From Faecousia sp. (GTDB taxonomy: Bacteria > Bacillota > Clostridia > Oscillospirales > Oscillospiraceae), in NCBI GenBank assembly GCA_045595225.1, contig JAZOAD010000045.1, positions 1,733 to 65,732 of the forward strand: DNA of 64,000 nucleotides, given 5' to 3'. Both the position numbers and the translations under genes were made by a program. The notes beneath the pieces are model-generated. The model was not told where the DNA came from. It did no database searches and saw only the letters and a list, made by a program, of their open reading frames with translations. Position 1 is the first letter of the stretch. Each line of letters starts with the position of its first letter. Positions 29,095-38,463 of the stretch are shown here, piece after piece.

Positions 29095-32000
29095 ACAATT
29101 AACGCCGCAACAGAAGCAGGCGGTTACTGACCGTGGTGGAAAGCTGTTGGTTTCCGCGGCGGCCGGTTCCGGCAAGACGAAGGTTTTGGTCGATCGGTTG
29201 ATGCGGTATCTGACGGACCCGGATGATCCTGCCAATATTGATGAGTTTTTGCTGATCACCTTTACCAAGGCCGCGGCAGCGGAATTACGCGGAAAAATCG
29301 CCTCCAAATTGTCAGAACGGATCGCCCAGGAGCCCAACAACCGCCATTTGCAGCAGCAATTACAGCGGCTGTATTTGACTAAAATTTCTACTGTGCATTC
29401 CTTCTGCAGCGATATTTTGCGGGAGTATGCCTACAGGCTGAATATTCCCGGTGATTTTCGTGTGGCAGATGAAAACGAGTGCGCTGAGCTTCGGATTCAG
29501 GTGGTTACCAAAGTTTTGGACCGGGCTTACGAATCCGCCGGAGAAAATGGGTTATTTCGGGCGTTTGTAGATAGCCAGGGCCTGGGGCGGAATGACAAAC
29601 AGGTGCCGGATATCATTTTGAAGGTTTACGATAGCGCCAGGTGCCATCTGGACCCGGAACAGTGGCTAGAGAATTGTATGCAGATTTCTTCTACCGAGAA
29701 TGTGACGGATGTATCTCAGTTACCATATGGACAGTTTTTGATCAATGCGTTACATAACTGGCTGGATCTGCAGATCCGGGCCATAGACCGCTGCGCGGAA
29801 TTGGCCGAGGCTGCCGAAGGGTTTGAGTCCCCGGCCACGCTGCTGCGCGATCTGTTATCCCAATTGCGGACGCTGCGTCAATGTGAAACCTGGGATGAAG
29901 TGGGCGCCAATAAAGACATTTCTTTTGGCACTTTGCGTTTTTCCAAACCCTGCAAGGATGAACAGCTGCAGGCCAGGATCAAAGCGGTTCGGAATCATTG
30001 CAAAAAATCCCTGGAAAAGCAGATCCGTCCCTTTGCGGATCCATCCTGCCAGGTGCTGAAGGATATGGAAAGCTGTAACGACGCTACAAAGGGACTCGTT
30101 GAACTGGTGAATGCTTTTTTACAAGACTATGATTCGGCGAAGAGAAGCCGTCGTATTATGGATTTCGGCGATTTGGAGCATCGGATGCTGGATCTGCTTT
30201 GGGGCAAAAGCCGAAGCAATCTAACCGCGGCGGCAAGGGAAATTTCCGAGAGATTCCGGGAGATCATGGTGGACGAATACCAGGACTCCAACGAGGTGCA
30301 GGATTCTATTTACAAAGCCCTCTCCGAAAATAAGCAGAACCTGTTTATGGTCGGAGATGTAAAGCAGTCCATTTACCAGTTCCGTTTGGCGGATCCCAGT
30401 ATATTTTTGAAAAAGTATGAGGCGTATGCGCCTGCCGATGCTGCCGAGCCGGGGCAGGGGAGAAAGGTAATTCTCAGCCAAAATTTCCGCTCCAGCAGAG
30501 GTGTTTTGGCCTCTGCCAACGATGTATTCCGTTATTGCATGTGCCCGGAAGTTGGCGGCTTGTATTACGGAGATGACGAGGCGCTGCATGAAGGGATTCC
30601 TCATGTAAGCCTGGGCTCTGCCGAGGCAGAACTGTACTGCGTGGATGTGCAGGAAGATACCTATGAGGAAGAAGCGGCCTTTGTGGCGGATAAGATCCAA
30701 AGAATGCTCAAAGAAGGCACGCCTGTTCGCAGCGGAGATACGCTGCGTCCTGTGAAGCCGGAGGATATTGTCATTTTGATGGTAGCCCCGGGACCATGCG
30801 GCGGCTACTTTCAGCGCGCTTTGGAACGGGTCGGCATTCGCTGCAATTCCGGCGGTGGCGTCGATCTTCTGCAGACCGAAGAAATCGCTTCCTTGCGGTG
30901 TTTGCTGCAGACGATTTATAATCCCCGGCTGGATATTCCGCTGATCGGCGCTTTGGCCAGTCCGATTTTTGGGTTTACAGCGGACGATTTGGCGCAGATT
31001 CGCAGCCATAATGTGATTTGCAGCTTTTATGAAGCCCTGCAGCGAAGTGAAAATCATAAAGCGAAAGATTTTCTATCCGTTCTTCGGCAGCTTCGTGTGG
31101 CCGCCAGAAAGCAGGGTGTGACAGGGCTTTTGGAAGAAATCTGGTTCCGTACCGGCATGGACGATGTATACGGCGCAATGAACGGCGGCGACGCCCGGCG
31201 GGACAATCTGCAAACCTTTTTCCAACTGGCATCGGATTTCGAGGCCGCCGGAAATCGTGAGCTGGGACGCTTCCTGGAGTATTTGGACAATATGGAAGCA
31301 AAAGGCCTTCGCACAGACGGAAATGCCTCCGGCAGCGGCGCTGTGACCATTATGAGTATCCACAAGTCCAAGGGCTTGGAATTTCCTGTGGTTTTCCTGT
31401 GCTGCTTGAGCCGGGAATTCAATACGGAGAGTCAAAGAAGCGCGGTGCTGTGCCACAAGGATTTAGGCTTAGGCCTGTATGCGGTGGATAATCAAAAACG
31501 CATTCGTTACGCAAGCGTAGCCAAGCGGGCCATCGGGGCGCAGATAGGCGCTGAAACGATTTCGGAACAGATGCGTGTGCTGTATGTGGCGATGACAAGA
31601 CCCAAAGATAGGCTGATCATGACCTACGCCTCCAATCGACTGGAAAAGGATCTGACGGACATTGTTGATCGGTTGGATCTCAGCGAAAAAGAAATGCTGA
31701 TCCGGGAGGCCAAATGTCCCGGTGATTGGGTGCTGCTGACAGCCCTGCAGAGAGTGGAAGCAGGAGAACTGTTTACTCTGTGCGGACGGCCTGATTCGGT
31801 TTCTCTCAAGGAACCCCTTTGGAACATTCGACTTGTGAAAGCGCCGGAGTTGGTGGATCGTCAACAGGAGGCGTCGCAGACGGAAAACATGCCCGATGAT
31901 TTGGAGGACCGGTTGCGGCAGGGACTGTCCTTCCGGTATAGATATAGTGGCGCTACGGAAACTCCGTCGAAACAAACTGCGACTCAGCTGAAAGGCCGCG

Positions 32001-32596
32001 CTAAAGACCAGGAAGCTGCGGAAAACGCGCAAGAATTGTCGAAATCCGTTCGGTTCTGGCGCAAGCCGGGATTTATCGAAGAAGTATCCTATGGAAAGGA
32101 ATTCGGCAATGCCATTCATGCGGTAATGCAGTATATCGACTATGCCGCTTGCAGAGAGGAAATGGGGGTCGCGGAGGAGATCGGGCGGCTTGTTTCCCAG
32201 CGCTATATTTCGCCCCGTCAGGGTGAAATGGTAGATTGCAGCGCAATTTCCGCGTTTTTCCGTACGGAAATCGGCAGAATGCTTTGCGATGGGGTGGAAT
32301 CCGTTCGTGAATTTAAGTTTTCCATCCTGGAAGACGGCGCGCGCTTTGACCCGTCTCTTTCCGGCGAGCAGGTGCTGCTGCAGGGCGTTGTGGACTGCGC
32401 GCTGATTCAGGAGGACGGCCTGACGGTCATTGACTTTAAGACGGATCGGGTGACTGAGGAAACCGTTTCCGCGGTTGCGAAAGGATACAGGCCGCAAGTG
32501 GAGGCCTATGCCGACGCAATGGAACGGATCTATCAGAAGAGAGTAAAGCGGAAGCTTTTGTATTTCTTCCGCTTGAACCGTTTTGTGGAGTTATAA
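29087..32596 (+). CDS. addA: AddA/RexA helicase-nuclease subunit
   Basis: VSAAAGSGKT, TFTKAAA, VDEYQD, VGDVKQSIY.FR, SIHKSKGLEF, GVVD..IDFKTD. Confidence 0.93.
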   Translation: MAEQLTPQQKQAVTDRGGKLLVSAAAGSGKTKVLVDRLMRYLTDPDDPANIDEFLLITFTKAAAAELRGKIASKLSERIAQEPNNRHLQQQLQRLYLTKISTVHSFCSDILREYAYRLNIPGDFRVADENECAELRIQVVTKVLDRAYESAGENGLFRAFVDSQGLGRNDKQVPDIILKVYDSARCHLDPEQWLENCMQISSTENVTDVSQLPYGQFLINALHNWLDLQIRAIDRCAELAEAAEGFESPATLLRDLLSQLRTLRQCETWDEVGANKDISFGTLRFSKPCKDEQLQARIKAVRNHCKKSLEKQIRPFADPSCQVLKDMESCNDATKGLVELVNAFLQDYDSAKRSRRIMDFGDLEHRMLDLLWGKSRSNLTAAAREISERFREIMVDEYQDSNEVQDSIYKALSENKQNLFMVGDVKQSIYQFRLADPSIFLKKYEAYAPADAAEPGQGRKVILSQNFRSSRGVLASANDVFRYCMCPEVGGLYYGDDEALHEGIPHVSLGSAEAELYCVDVQEDTYEEEAAFVADKIQRMLKEGTPVRSGDTLRPVKPEDIVILMVAPGPCGGYFQRALERVGIRCNSGGGVDLLQTEEIASLRCLLQTIYNPRLDIPLIGALASPIFGFTADDLAQIRSHNVICSFYEALQRSENHKAKDFLSVLRQLRVAARKQGVTGLLEEIWFRTGMDDVYGAMNGGDARRDNLQTFFQLASDFEAAGNRELGRFLEYLDNMEAKGLRTDGNASGSGAVTIMSIHKSKGLEFPVVFLCCLSREFNTESQRSAVLCHKDLGLGLYAVDNQKRIRYASVAKRAIGAQIGAETISEQMRVLYVAMTRPKDRLIMTYASNRLEKDLTDIVDRLDLSEKEMLIREAKCPGDWVLLTALQRVEAGELFTLCGRPDSVSLKEPLWNIRLVKAPELVDRQQEASQTENMPDDLEDRLRQGLSFRYRYSGATETPSKQTATQLKGRAKDQEAAENAQELSKSVRFWRKPGFIEEVSYGKEFGNAIHAVMQYIDYAACREEMGVAEEIGRLVSQRYISPRQGEMVDCSAISAFFRTEIGRMLCDGVESVREFKFSILEDGARFDPSLSGEQVLLQGVVDCALIQEDGLTVIDFKTDRVTEETVSAVAKGYRPQVEAYADAMERIYQKRVKRKLLYFFRLNRFVEL

Positions 32597-32600
32597 GGAT

Positions 32601-32627
32601 AACGCCCTCCCGGCTGGGAGGGCGTTT
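32601..32627. terminator. Bidirectional terminator
   Basis: AACGCCCTCCC/GGGAGGGCGTT. Confidence 0.7.
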
Positions 32628-32633
32628 GATCTG

Positions 32634-32741
32634 TTAGCCGCGGCAATCCCGGCAGTTTTTGGTGTTTTCGCTCTGCTGGTTCTGTTTTTCGTCCTGGGTG
32701 CGGTTCTGATTCTGATTCTGCTTGGCATTTTGCTTATTCAT
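32634..32741 (-). CDS. Small Asn/Gln-rich peptide, 35 aa (absent from the ORF track)
   Basis: GGAGG RBS 8 nt before ATG; MNKQNAKQNQNQNRTQDEKQNQQSENTKNCRDCRG*; followed by the terminator. Confidence 0.65.
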   Translation of the reverse strand: MNKQNAKQNQNQNRTQDEKQNQQSENTKNCRDCRG

Positions 32742-32800
32742 TTTCATTTCCTCCATAATTCGGTTTGCGGCTGTTCCGCTATCATAGCTTATCCACTTTT

Positions 32801-33157
32801 TTAAGCCTTATCCTTTGGTTTAAACAGGAAACTGGCGGCCAGTCCGGCTGTGATCGCCACGGTGATACCACCGGCCGTGGCCTTTAGACCACCGGTGAAA
32901 ATCCCGAGAAAGCCGTCTTCACGGATCGCTTCTTTGACGCCTTTCGCGATATTGTATCCGAAGCCGGTAAGGGGAACTGTGGCGCCGGCTCCGGCGAAAT
33001 CCACCAACGGTTTGTACACACCCACAGCCCCTAACAGCACGCCAAGTATTACATAGCTTACCAAAATACGAGCCGGTGTCAACTTTGTTTTGTCCACCAA
33101 CACTTGTGCGATGACGCATAGTGCGCCACCTACAATAAAAGCTTTTACATAGTCCAT
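32801..33157 (-). CDS. spoVAE: Stage V sporulation protein AE (SpoVAC/AE family)
   Basis: AFIVGGALCVIAQ, LTPARILV, GAGATVPLTGFG. Confidence 0.9.
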   Translation of the reverse strand: MDYVKAFIVGGALCVIAQVLVDKTKLTPARILVSYVILGVLLGAVGVYKPLVDFAGAGATVPLTGFGYNIAKGVKEAIREDGFLGIFTGGLKATAGGITVAITAGLAASFLFKPKDKA

Positions 33158-33158
33158 A

Positions 33159-34175
33159 TTAACCTCCTGCAATGGATACTGCGTGGCAGGTGCCGGGAAT
33201 GGGAAGACCCTGCTGGGTGGATGTGGGGGAAAGGAGCGCGCCTGTTCCGCAGAATAAAATCCGGTTCAGTCTGCCGCTTTGTATTTGGTTGAGAAGGTGT
33301 CCGCAAAGCGTGATGGCGCTGCAGCCGCAGCCGGAGCCGCCGGAATGGACATCCTGCCGATTTCGGTCGAACACCAGCGTGCCGCAATCCAGAAGCTTGC
33401 CACCTAAATTGAGTCCGTCCCTGCGGGCCAATTCCTGAAGCATTTCCACACCATGAAATCCCAGATCGCCTGTGACGATGTGATCAAAATCATCCACCGT
33501 GCGTCCCAGATCCTCCAGATGAGCTTTGATGGTGCTGTATGCAGCCGGGGCCATGGCTGCACCCATATTGTTAGCGTCTTTGATGCCCAACTCTGTAACG
33601 GCGCCAACGGTGCAGCATTCGATTTTTGGCCCATGGCCCTTGGAACATACCAAGGCGGCTCCGGAGCCGGTGACGGTCCATTGGGCCGTGGGTGTTCGCT
33701 GACCTCCGTAACCGAGAGGAAAACGGTATTGCCGTTCGGAACCGGCAAAATGAGAGGAGGTCATGGCTACCACATTGTCAAAATAGCCTCCTTGTACAGT
33801 CATAGCTGCCAGCAGAAGACTTTCCGCCATGGTGGAGCAGGCACCGTATAGTCCCAAATGGGGAATTCCGGTTCGGTTCAGGCTGAAGGAAGAGCCGATG
33901 CATTGATTTAATAGATCGCCGGAATAGACCAGGGAAAAGTCGGACATTTGCATTCCGGCTTTTTGCGCCAGGGTTTCCAAAGCGATCTGCTGCATTCGTT
34001 TTTCGCCCTGTTCCCAGGTTTTTTGGCCAAAATAGGTGTCCTGACACAGAACATCGATCTCATGGCGAAGCGGGCCTTCACTCTCTTTTTTACCTGCCAC
34101 ATTGGCCCAGAAGGTGATCGTTGGGGGATTAGGAAATAGAAAACTTTGTTTGCCGCGTTGATTATTTCCAGACAT
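33159..34175 (-). CDS. spoVAD: Stage V sporulation protein AD
   Basis: GDLLNQC, GLYGACST, ERQYRFPL.YGGQR, GGSGCGCSA, TGALLSP. Confidence 0.93.
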   Translation of the reverse strand: MSGNNQRGKQSFLFPNPPTITFWANVAGKKESEGPLRHEIDVLCQDTYFGQKTWEQGEKRMQQIALETLAQKAGMQMSDFSLVYSGDLLNQCIGSSFSLNRTGIPHLGLYGACSTMAESLLLAAMTVQGGYFDNVVAMTSSHFAGSERQYRFPLGYGGQRTPTAQWTVTGSGAALVCSKGHGPKIECCTVGAVTELGIKDANNMGAAMAPAAYSTIKAHLEDLGRTVDDFDHIVTGDLGFHGVEMLQELARRDGLNLGGKLLDCGTLVFDRNRQDVHSGGSGCGCSAITLCGHLLNQIQSGRLNRILFCGTGALLSPTSTQQGLPIPGTCHAVSIAGG

Positions 34176-34217
34176 AGAATACCTCCTTTATCCCCAGTAT
34201 GCCCAAAAACACAAAAA

Positions 34218-34246
34218 ACTGCCGACACATTGACCGTGTCGGCAGT
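34218..34246 (-). terminator. Terminator after the NlpC/P60 gene
   Basis: ACTGCCGACAC/GTGTCGGCAGT stem with a T-run on the minus strand. Confidence 0.7.
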
Positions 34247-34251
34247 ATATT

Positions 34252-35232
34252 TTATGAAATTACCCGGCGAGCGCCGTAATAGTGGCTGGCCCAATAGCTG
34301 TTGGACAGCTCGCTGATGGTGACGCCTTTGGAACTGGAAGCGTGAATAAACTGACTGTTTCCGATATAGATACCCACGTGGGAAATGCCTTCCCGGTATG
34401 TATTTTGGAAAAATACAAGGTCACCGGGCTGTAAATTGCTCTTGGAAACATAGCTGCCGTGAGCATACTGGCTGGCGCTGTTTCGATTCAAGGTGATCCC
34501 ATGCTGCCGGAATACATAATAGGTAAATCCGGAGCAGTCAAATCCGCTGGGGGATGTGCCGCCCCAAAGATAGGGAACGCCAATGTACTGCTTTGCCGTT
34601 TCAATGATCTTGCCGGCTGTGGAAGCATGCTGATAATTGGCGCTGGCGCGCAGGGTCGCGGCGCTGACAGGTGTTCCCGTGGACTTGCCGCCACGGAAGA
34701 ACAGGGGAGATTTGGCGCCGGCTCTGTTTTCGTAGGGATACTCGGTCAGGTCCAGATAATCGCTGCGGATATAGCAGATGGAATCGTTCCAAATGACTTT
34801 GTACCAGCCGTTGTTGATGCCGATGATATAGGCACTATCGCCCTTGCTGCTTTTGCCGATGGAGGCATAAGAAGTGCTGGGTCCCTTTCTCATGTTCACC
34901 CTGGAATAATTCACGCTGCCGTAGCCCAGTTCCACATTTTCCACGTTGGTATATTTCAAGTGGCTGGAGTGCATATAGCCTTCCTGTAAATTAAAAAGCA
35001 CCTTGTACCAGGTGCCGGAAGCTTCCAATACAACGACGACTTCGTCTTTTGCGGCATATGCCAATGTGGCGCTGGATGTATTCGGCGATGCCCTGAGCCG
35101 CAGGGCGGAGGCAGTGACAAATGCCACGCCGGCTTTTATATCTTCCGTTGTCGCGCTTGCCTGTATGGGGAACATAGATATGAGCAGTACCATAGCAAGG
35201 CAGACACCGATTATTTTCTTGTAGAATTTCAT
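34252..35232 (-). CDS. Secreted 2xSH3b + NlpC/P60 peptidoglycan endopeptidase
   Basis: Signal peptide; two LR.R..P...WYKV SH3 repeats; GVPYLWGG..PSGFDCSG, HVGIY, FIHAS. Confidence 0.92.
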   Translation of the reverse strand: MKFYKKIIGVCLAMVLLISMFPIQASATTEDIKAGVAFVTASALRLRASPNTSSATLAYAAKDEVVVVLEASGTWYKVLFNLQEGYMHSSHLKYTNVENVELGYGSVNYSRVNMRKGPSTSYASIGKSSKGDSAYIIGINNGWYKVIWNDSICYIRSDYLDLTEYPYENRAGAKSPLFFRGGKSTGTPVSAATLRASANYQHASTAGKIIETAKQYIGVPYLWGGTSPSGFDCSGFTYYVFRQHGITLNRNSASQYAHGSYVSKSNLQPGDLVFFQNTYREGISHVGIYIGNSQFIHASSSKGVTISELSNSYWASHYYGARRVIS

Positions 35233-35263
35233 ACGTTGCCCTCCGTCTTACTGAATTTGGGGA

Positions 35264-35554
35264 TTACTTACCGGCCAGAGCACGTTCCAGCCAGATACAG
35301 CCCAGATCCAGGGCAGTATAAAGTCCGTCCTTTTCGCTTTTCTTAACCACGCGGTCACGACTTTTCGCGGTAGGATCTGTCAGCTGCAGCTGGATGGATA
35401 CCTTGCTGGCAACATCTTCTTCGCCAACCTTTTTGGTTTCCAGGATCTGAAGCATAACGATGTGGGAATCGGCCATGGAGCCGTAGTAGATCATATTGTC
35501 CTTACGCATAAGGGGATGACCTTTGTACATCAAAACAGAATTTTCTTCAGCCAT
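35264..35554 (-). CDS. Hypothetical protein, 96 aa
   Basis: AAGGAGG RBS; own promoter TTGACA-17-TACAAT at about 35615-35587. Confidence 0.75.
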   Translation of the reverse strand: MAEENSVLMYKGHPLMRKDNMIYYGSMADSHIVMLQILETKKVGEEDVASKVSIQLQLTDPTAKSRDRVVKKSEKDGLYTALDLGCIWLERALAGK

Positions 35555-35744
35555 TTCATTACCTCCTTTTGAAAGATTGTTACCGGATTGTAACATAGAA
35601 CGGTAATTATGTCAACCGATTTGGAGAATATGGTATTATTTACCATATCGCGTTGTAAGACGGAGGGGAGTATGAAATTAACAAGGTACTGGGAAGATAT
35701 AACGACAGGGGCTTTTGCCGCGGCAAAAGCCCCCGATGCTATAC

Positions 35745-35993
35745 TTATTTTTCAAACAGATAACATTTCACCAGTTCCTGCAGCAGCTCGTCCCGGTCGA
35801 TCTTGCAGATCTGGCTTCGGGCGCCGTTATAATTGGTGATGTATGTGGGATCCTCGGTGAGAAGATAGCCTACGATCTGATTGATGGGGTTATACCCCTT
35901 TTCTTCCAGAGAGTTGAACACACTGCGCAGGGTCTGGCGCATATTCTCTTTGTCGTCGCAGGGCACAGTGAATTTAATGGTATTGTCTGTCAT
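35745..35993 (-). CDS. ireB: IreB/ReoM family (DUF965) regulatory phosphoprotein
   Basis: LEEKGYNPINQIVGYLLTEDPTYITNYNGAR. Confidence 0.9.
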   Translation of the reverse strand: MTDNTIKFTVPCDDKENMRQTLRSVFNSLEEKGYNPINQIVGYLLTEDPTYITNYNGARSQICKIDRDELLQELVKCYLFEK

Positions 35994-36071
35994 ATGTTTG
36001 TCCTCCTCTGTGGAATATGGGTATTATAACCTAAAATTTCGCCGGTGTAAAGACCTTTCGCAGGGATTTTT

Positions 36072-38450
36072 TTAGCGGAGAACAGCGCCGCAATGGTCTG
36101 CCAGGGCGGCAAGCACCTTTGCCATGACCTGCTCGGTGTCCGCGTCGGTCAATGTGCGGTCATCGGCGCGCAGCTCAAGAGAGAACGCCATGGATTTCTG
36201 ACCTTCCGGCACACCGGCGCCGCGGTAGATGTCAAAGAGCTTCACATTCCGCAGCAGCTTGCCGGCGGAGGCGGAAATGGCGGCCTCAGCCTGCGCCACA
36301 GTAACAGCTTCGCCGCAAAGGAAGCTCAGGTCACGGGTGACGCTGGGATACTTGGGCAGGGGCACATAGGTGGGTTCCGGCTTGCGCAGATCAAACATTT
36401 TGGTAAAGTTCAGTTCCGCGCAGTATACTTCGCAGTCAATGTCATAATTGGCAGCCACCAGAGGATGAACCTGACCCATGTAGCCCAGGAGAACGCCATC
36501 CACAGAAACGGCGGCGCAGCGGCCGGGATGGAAGGAAGGATGATCGTTGACAGCGGTATAGGTAGCCTTCGGCAGCCGCAGACCGGTCATGATGGCTTCC
36601 AGCTCGCCCTTGAGCTTGAAGAAATTCTCGCCGGCGCCGTAGCTGCCCAGAACCAGCATTTTGGGTTCTTCCGGCAGACCCTCTGTGGGCAGGTAGATCT
36701 TAGCCAGTTCGTAAAGCTTCACATTTTTGTTGTGGTAGGCATTGTTGCGGGAGAGAATGTCCAGCATGGAAGGCAGGGCAACGGTACGCATGATAGAAGT
36801 GTCTTCGCCAAGGGGATTTTGGATACGCATTGCGTTGCGCAGGGCGCTGTCAGCCGGAACGCGGATCTTATCAAAGATCGTGGGAGATACGAAGGAGTAG
36901 GTGATGATCTCGCTGTAGCCAAGGCTGCGGCACAGCTGGCCGGCGGTATTCTCCGCGATCATGATGGGCGCATAACCGCCCTGGGTGGAGGTGCGGAAGG
37001 CGGTGGTGGGGATCTCGTTATAGCCAAAGCTGCGGCCGATCTCCTCGGCGATATCGGCGGTTTGCAAAAGGTCGGGCCGGAAGGAGGGAACCTGGATCAT
37101 GTCGCCATCCACTTCGATCTCCAGAAGGTTCAGATAGCGAATCATGTCTTCTTTGCTGATGTTAGTGCCCAGCAGGCGATTGATCTTTTCAGGCTCCAGA
37201 GGCAGCTCACGGACCTCGGGAACGTAGTTCAGCACATCAATGATGCCGTCCAGTACATCGCCGCATTCCAGCAGCTCAACCAGCTCGCAGGCGCGCTGTA
37301 CCGCAGGAACAGTCAGCATGGGATCCAGCTTCTTTTCAAACTTACCGGAAGCTTCGGTACGCATGCCAAGCGCCAGGGCGGTCTGACGGATGGAGGTTCC
37401 GTCGAAATTGGCGGACTCAAAGACGACGGTAGTGGTGTCGTCCATGATTTCGGAGTTTTCACCGCCCATGATGCCGGCAAGGCCGATAGCCCGATTGTCG
37501 TCGGCAATGACCAGCATGCCGGGCTTCAGGTTACGAACTACGCCATCAAGGGTGGTCAGAGTTTCGCCTTCCTCGGCTTCACGCACTACGATCTTGCCGG
37601 AGGAAACATAGCGGTAGTCAAAGGCGTGCATGGGCTGACCGTACTCCAGCATGACATAGTTGGTGATGTCAACAATGTTGTTGATAGGGCGCACGCCATT
37701 GGCGCGCAGGCGCTGACGCATCCACTTGGGAGAGGGGCCAATTTTGACATTCTTCACCATACGGGAGGAGTAGCGATAGCACAGGTTTTCAGCAGGCACT
37801 TCCACATCCAGATGGTCAAAAACGGAACCTGCATCGGAGCCGTGAACAACAGGTTCATGGTGCCGTATGGTCTTACCGAAAGCGGCTGCGGATTCTCTGG
37901 CCAGGCCAATCAGACTGTAGCAGTCGGGGCGGTTATTGGTGATCTCGAATTCCACAACAGTATCGTCGTTTCCGATAACCTCGTTGATATCCTGGCCGAT
38001 ATGGCATTCTTCCTCCAAAATGAAGATTCCGTCTTCAATGGCGTAGGGGAAGTCATTTACGGTGAGGCCCAGCTCTTCCAGGCCACAAAGCATACCGTTG
38101 GACTTAACGCCACGGAGCTTGCCCTTGGTGATGTGCACGCCGCCTGGCAGCCAGGAATTGTGCTTGGCTACGGGTACCATATCGCCCTGTTTTACATTCT
38201 GAGCGCCGGTGACGATCTGTACAGGCTCTTCTTCGCCCACGTCGATCTCACACACCCACATATGGTCGGAGTTTTCGTGGCGGACGATCTCCAGCACTTT
38301 GCCCACCACCACATTCTTGATCTCGGCATCCATGCGGGTATAGGTTTCTACCTTCTGACCGAAAACAGTCAGCTTTTCCACATATTCTTTATCGGAGATG
38401 GCGGACAGGTCCACAAACTCCTCATTGATCCATTTTCTGTTGAGCTGCAT
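36072..38450 (-). CDS. pheT: Phenylalanyl-tRNA synthetase beta subunit
   Basis: QIVTGAQN, EITNNRPDC, GQPMHAFD, C-terminal FDX-ACB domain. Confidence 0.96.
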   Translation of the reverse strand: MQLNRKWINEEFVDLSAISDKEYVEKLTVFGQKVETYTRMDAEIKNVVVGKVLEIVRHENSDHMWVCEIDVGEEEPVQIVTGAQNVKQGDMVPVAKHNSWLPGGVHITKGKLRGVKSNGMLCGLEELGLTVNDFPYAIEDGIFILEEECHIGQDINEVIGNDDTVVEFEITNNRPDCYSLIGLARESAAAFGKTIRHHEPVVHGSDAGSVFDHLDVEVPAENLCYRYSSRMVKNVKIGPSPKWMRQRLRANGVRPINNIVDITNYVMLEYGQPMHAFDYRYVSSGKIVVREAEEGETLTTLDGVVRNLKPGMLVIADDNRAIGLAGIMGGENSEIMDDTTTVVFESANFDGTSIRQTALALGMRTEASGKFEKKLDPMLTVPAVQRACELVELLECGDVLDGIIDVLNYVPEVRELPLEPEKINRLLGTNISKEDMIRYLNLLEIEVDGDMIQVPSFRPDLLQTADIAEEIGRSFGYNEIPTTAFRTSTQGGYAPIMIAENTAGQLCRSLGYSEIITYSFVSPTIFDKIRVPADSALRNAMRIQNPLGEDTSIMRTVALPSMLDILSRNNAYHNKNVKLYELAKIYLPTEGLPEEPKMLVLGSYGAGENFFKLKGELEAIMTGLRLPKATYTAVNDHPSFHPGRCAAVSVDGVLLGYMGQVHPLVAANYDIDCEVYCAELNFTKMFDLRKPEPTYVPLPKYPSVTRDLSFLCGEAVTVAQAEAAISASAGKLLRNVKLFDIYRGAGVPEGQKSMAFSLELRADDRTLTDADTEQVMAKVLAALADHCGAVLR

Positions 38451-38463
38451 ATTCTGTCCCTCC

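Noticed and set aside
32583-32804. 73-aa hydrophobic plus-strand ORF
   Set aside because: It spans the addA terminator, and its hydrophobicity mirrors the Asn/Gln codons of the minus-strand peptide, which has the RBS
35672-35839. Plus-strand 55-aa ORF with a strong RBS
   Set aside because: It runs through a hairpin and antisense into ireB; its RBS and ATG are explained by the inverted copy of the NlpC/P60 initiation region. Not fully excluded
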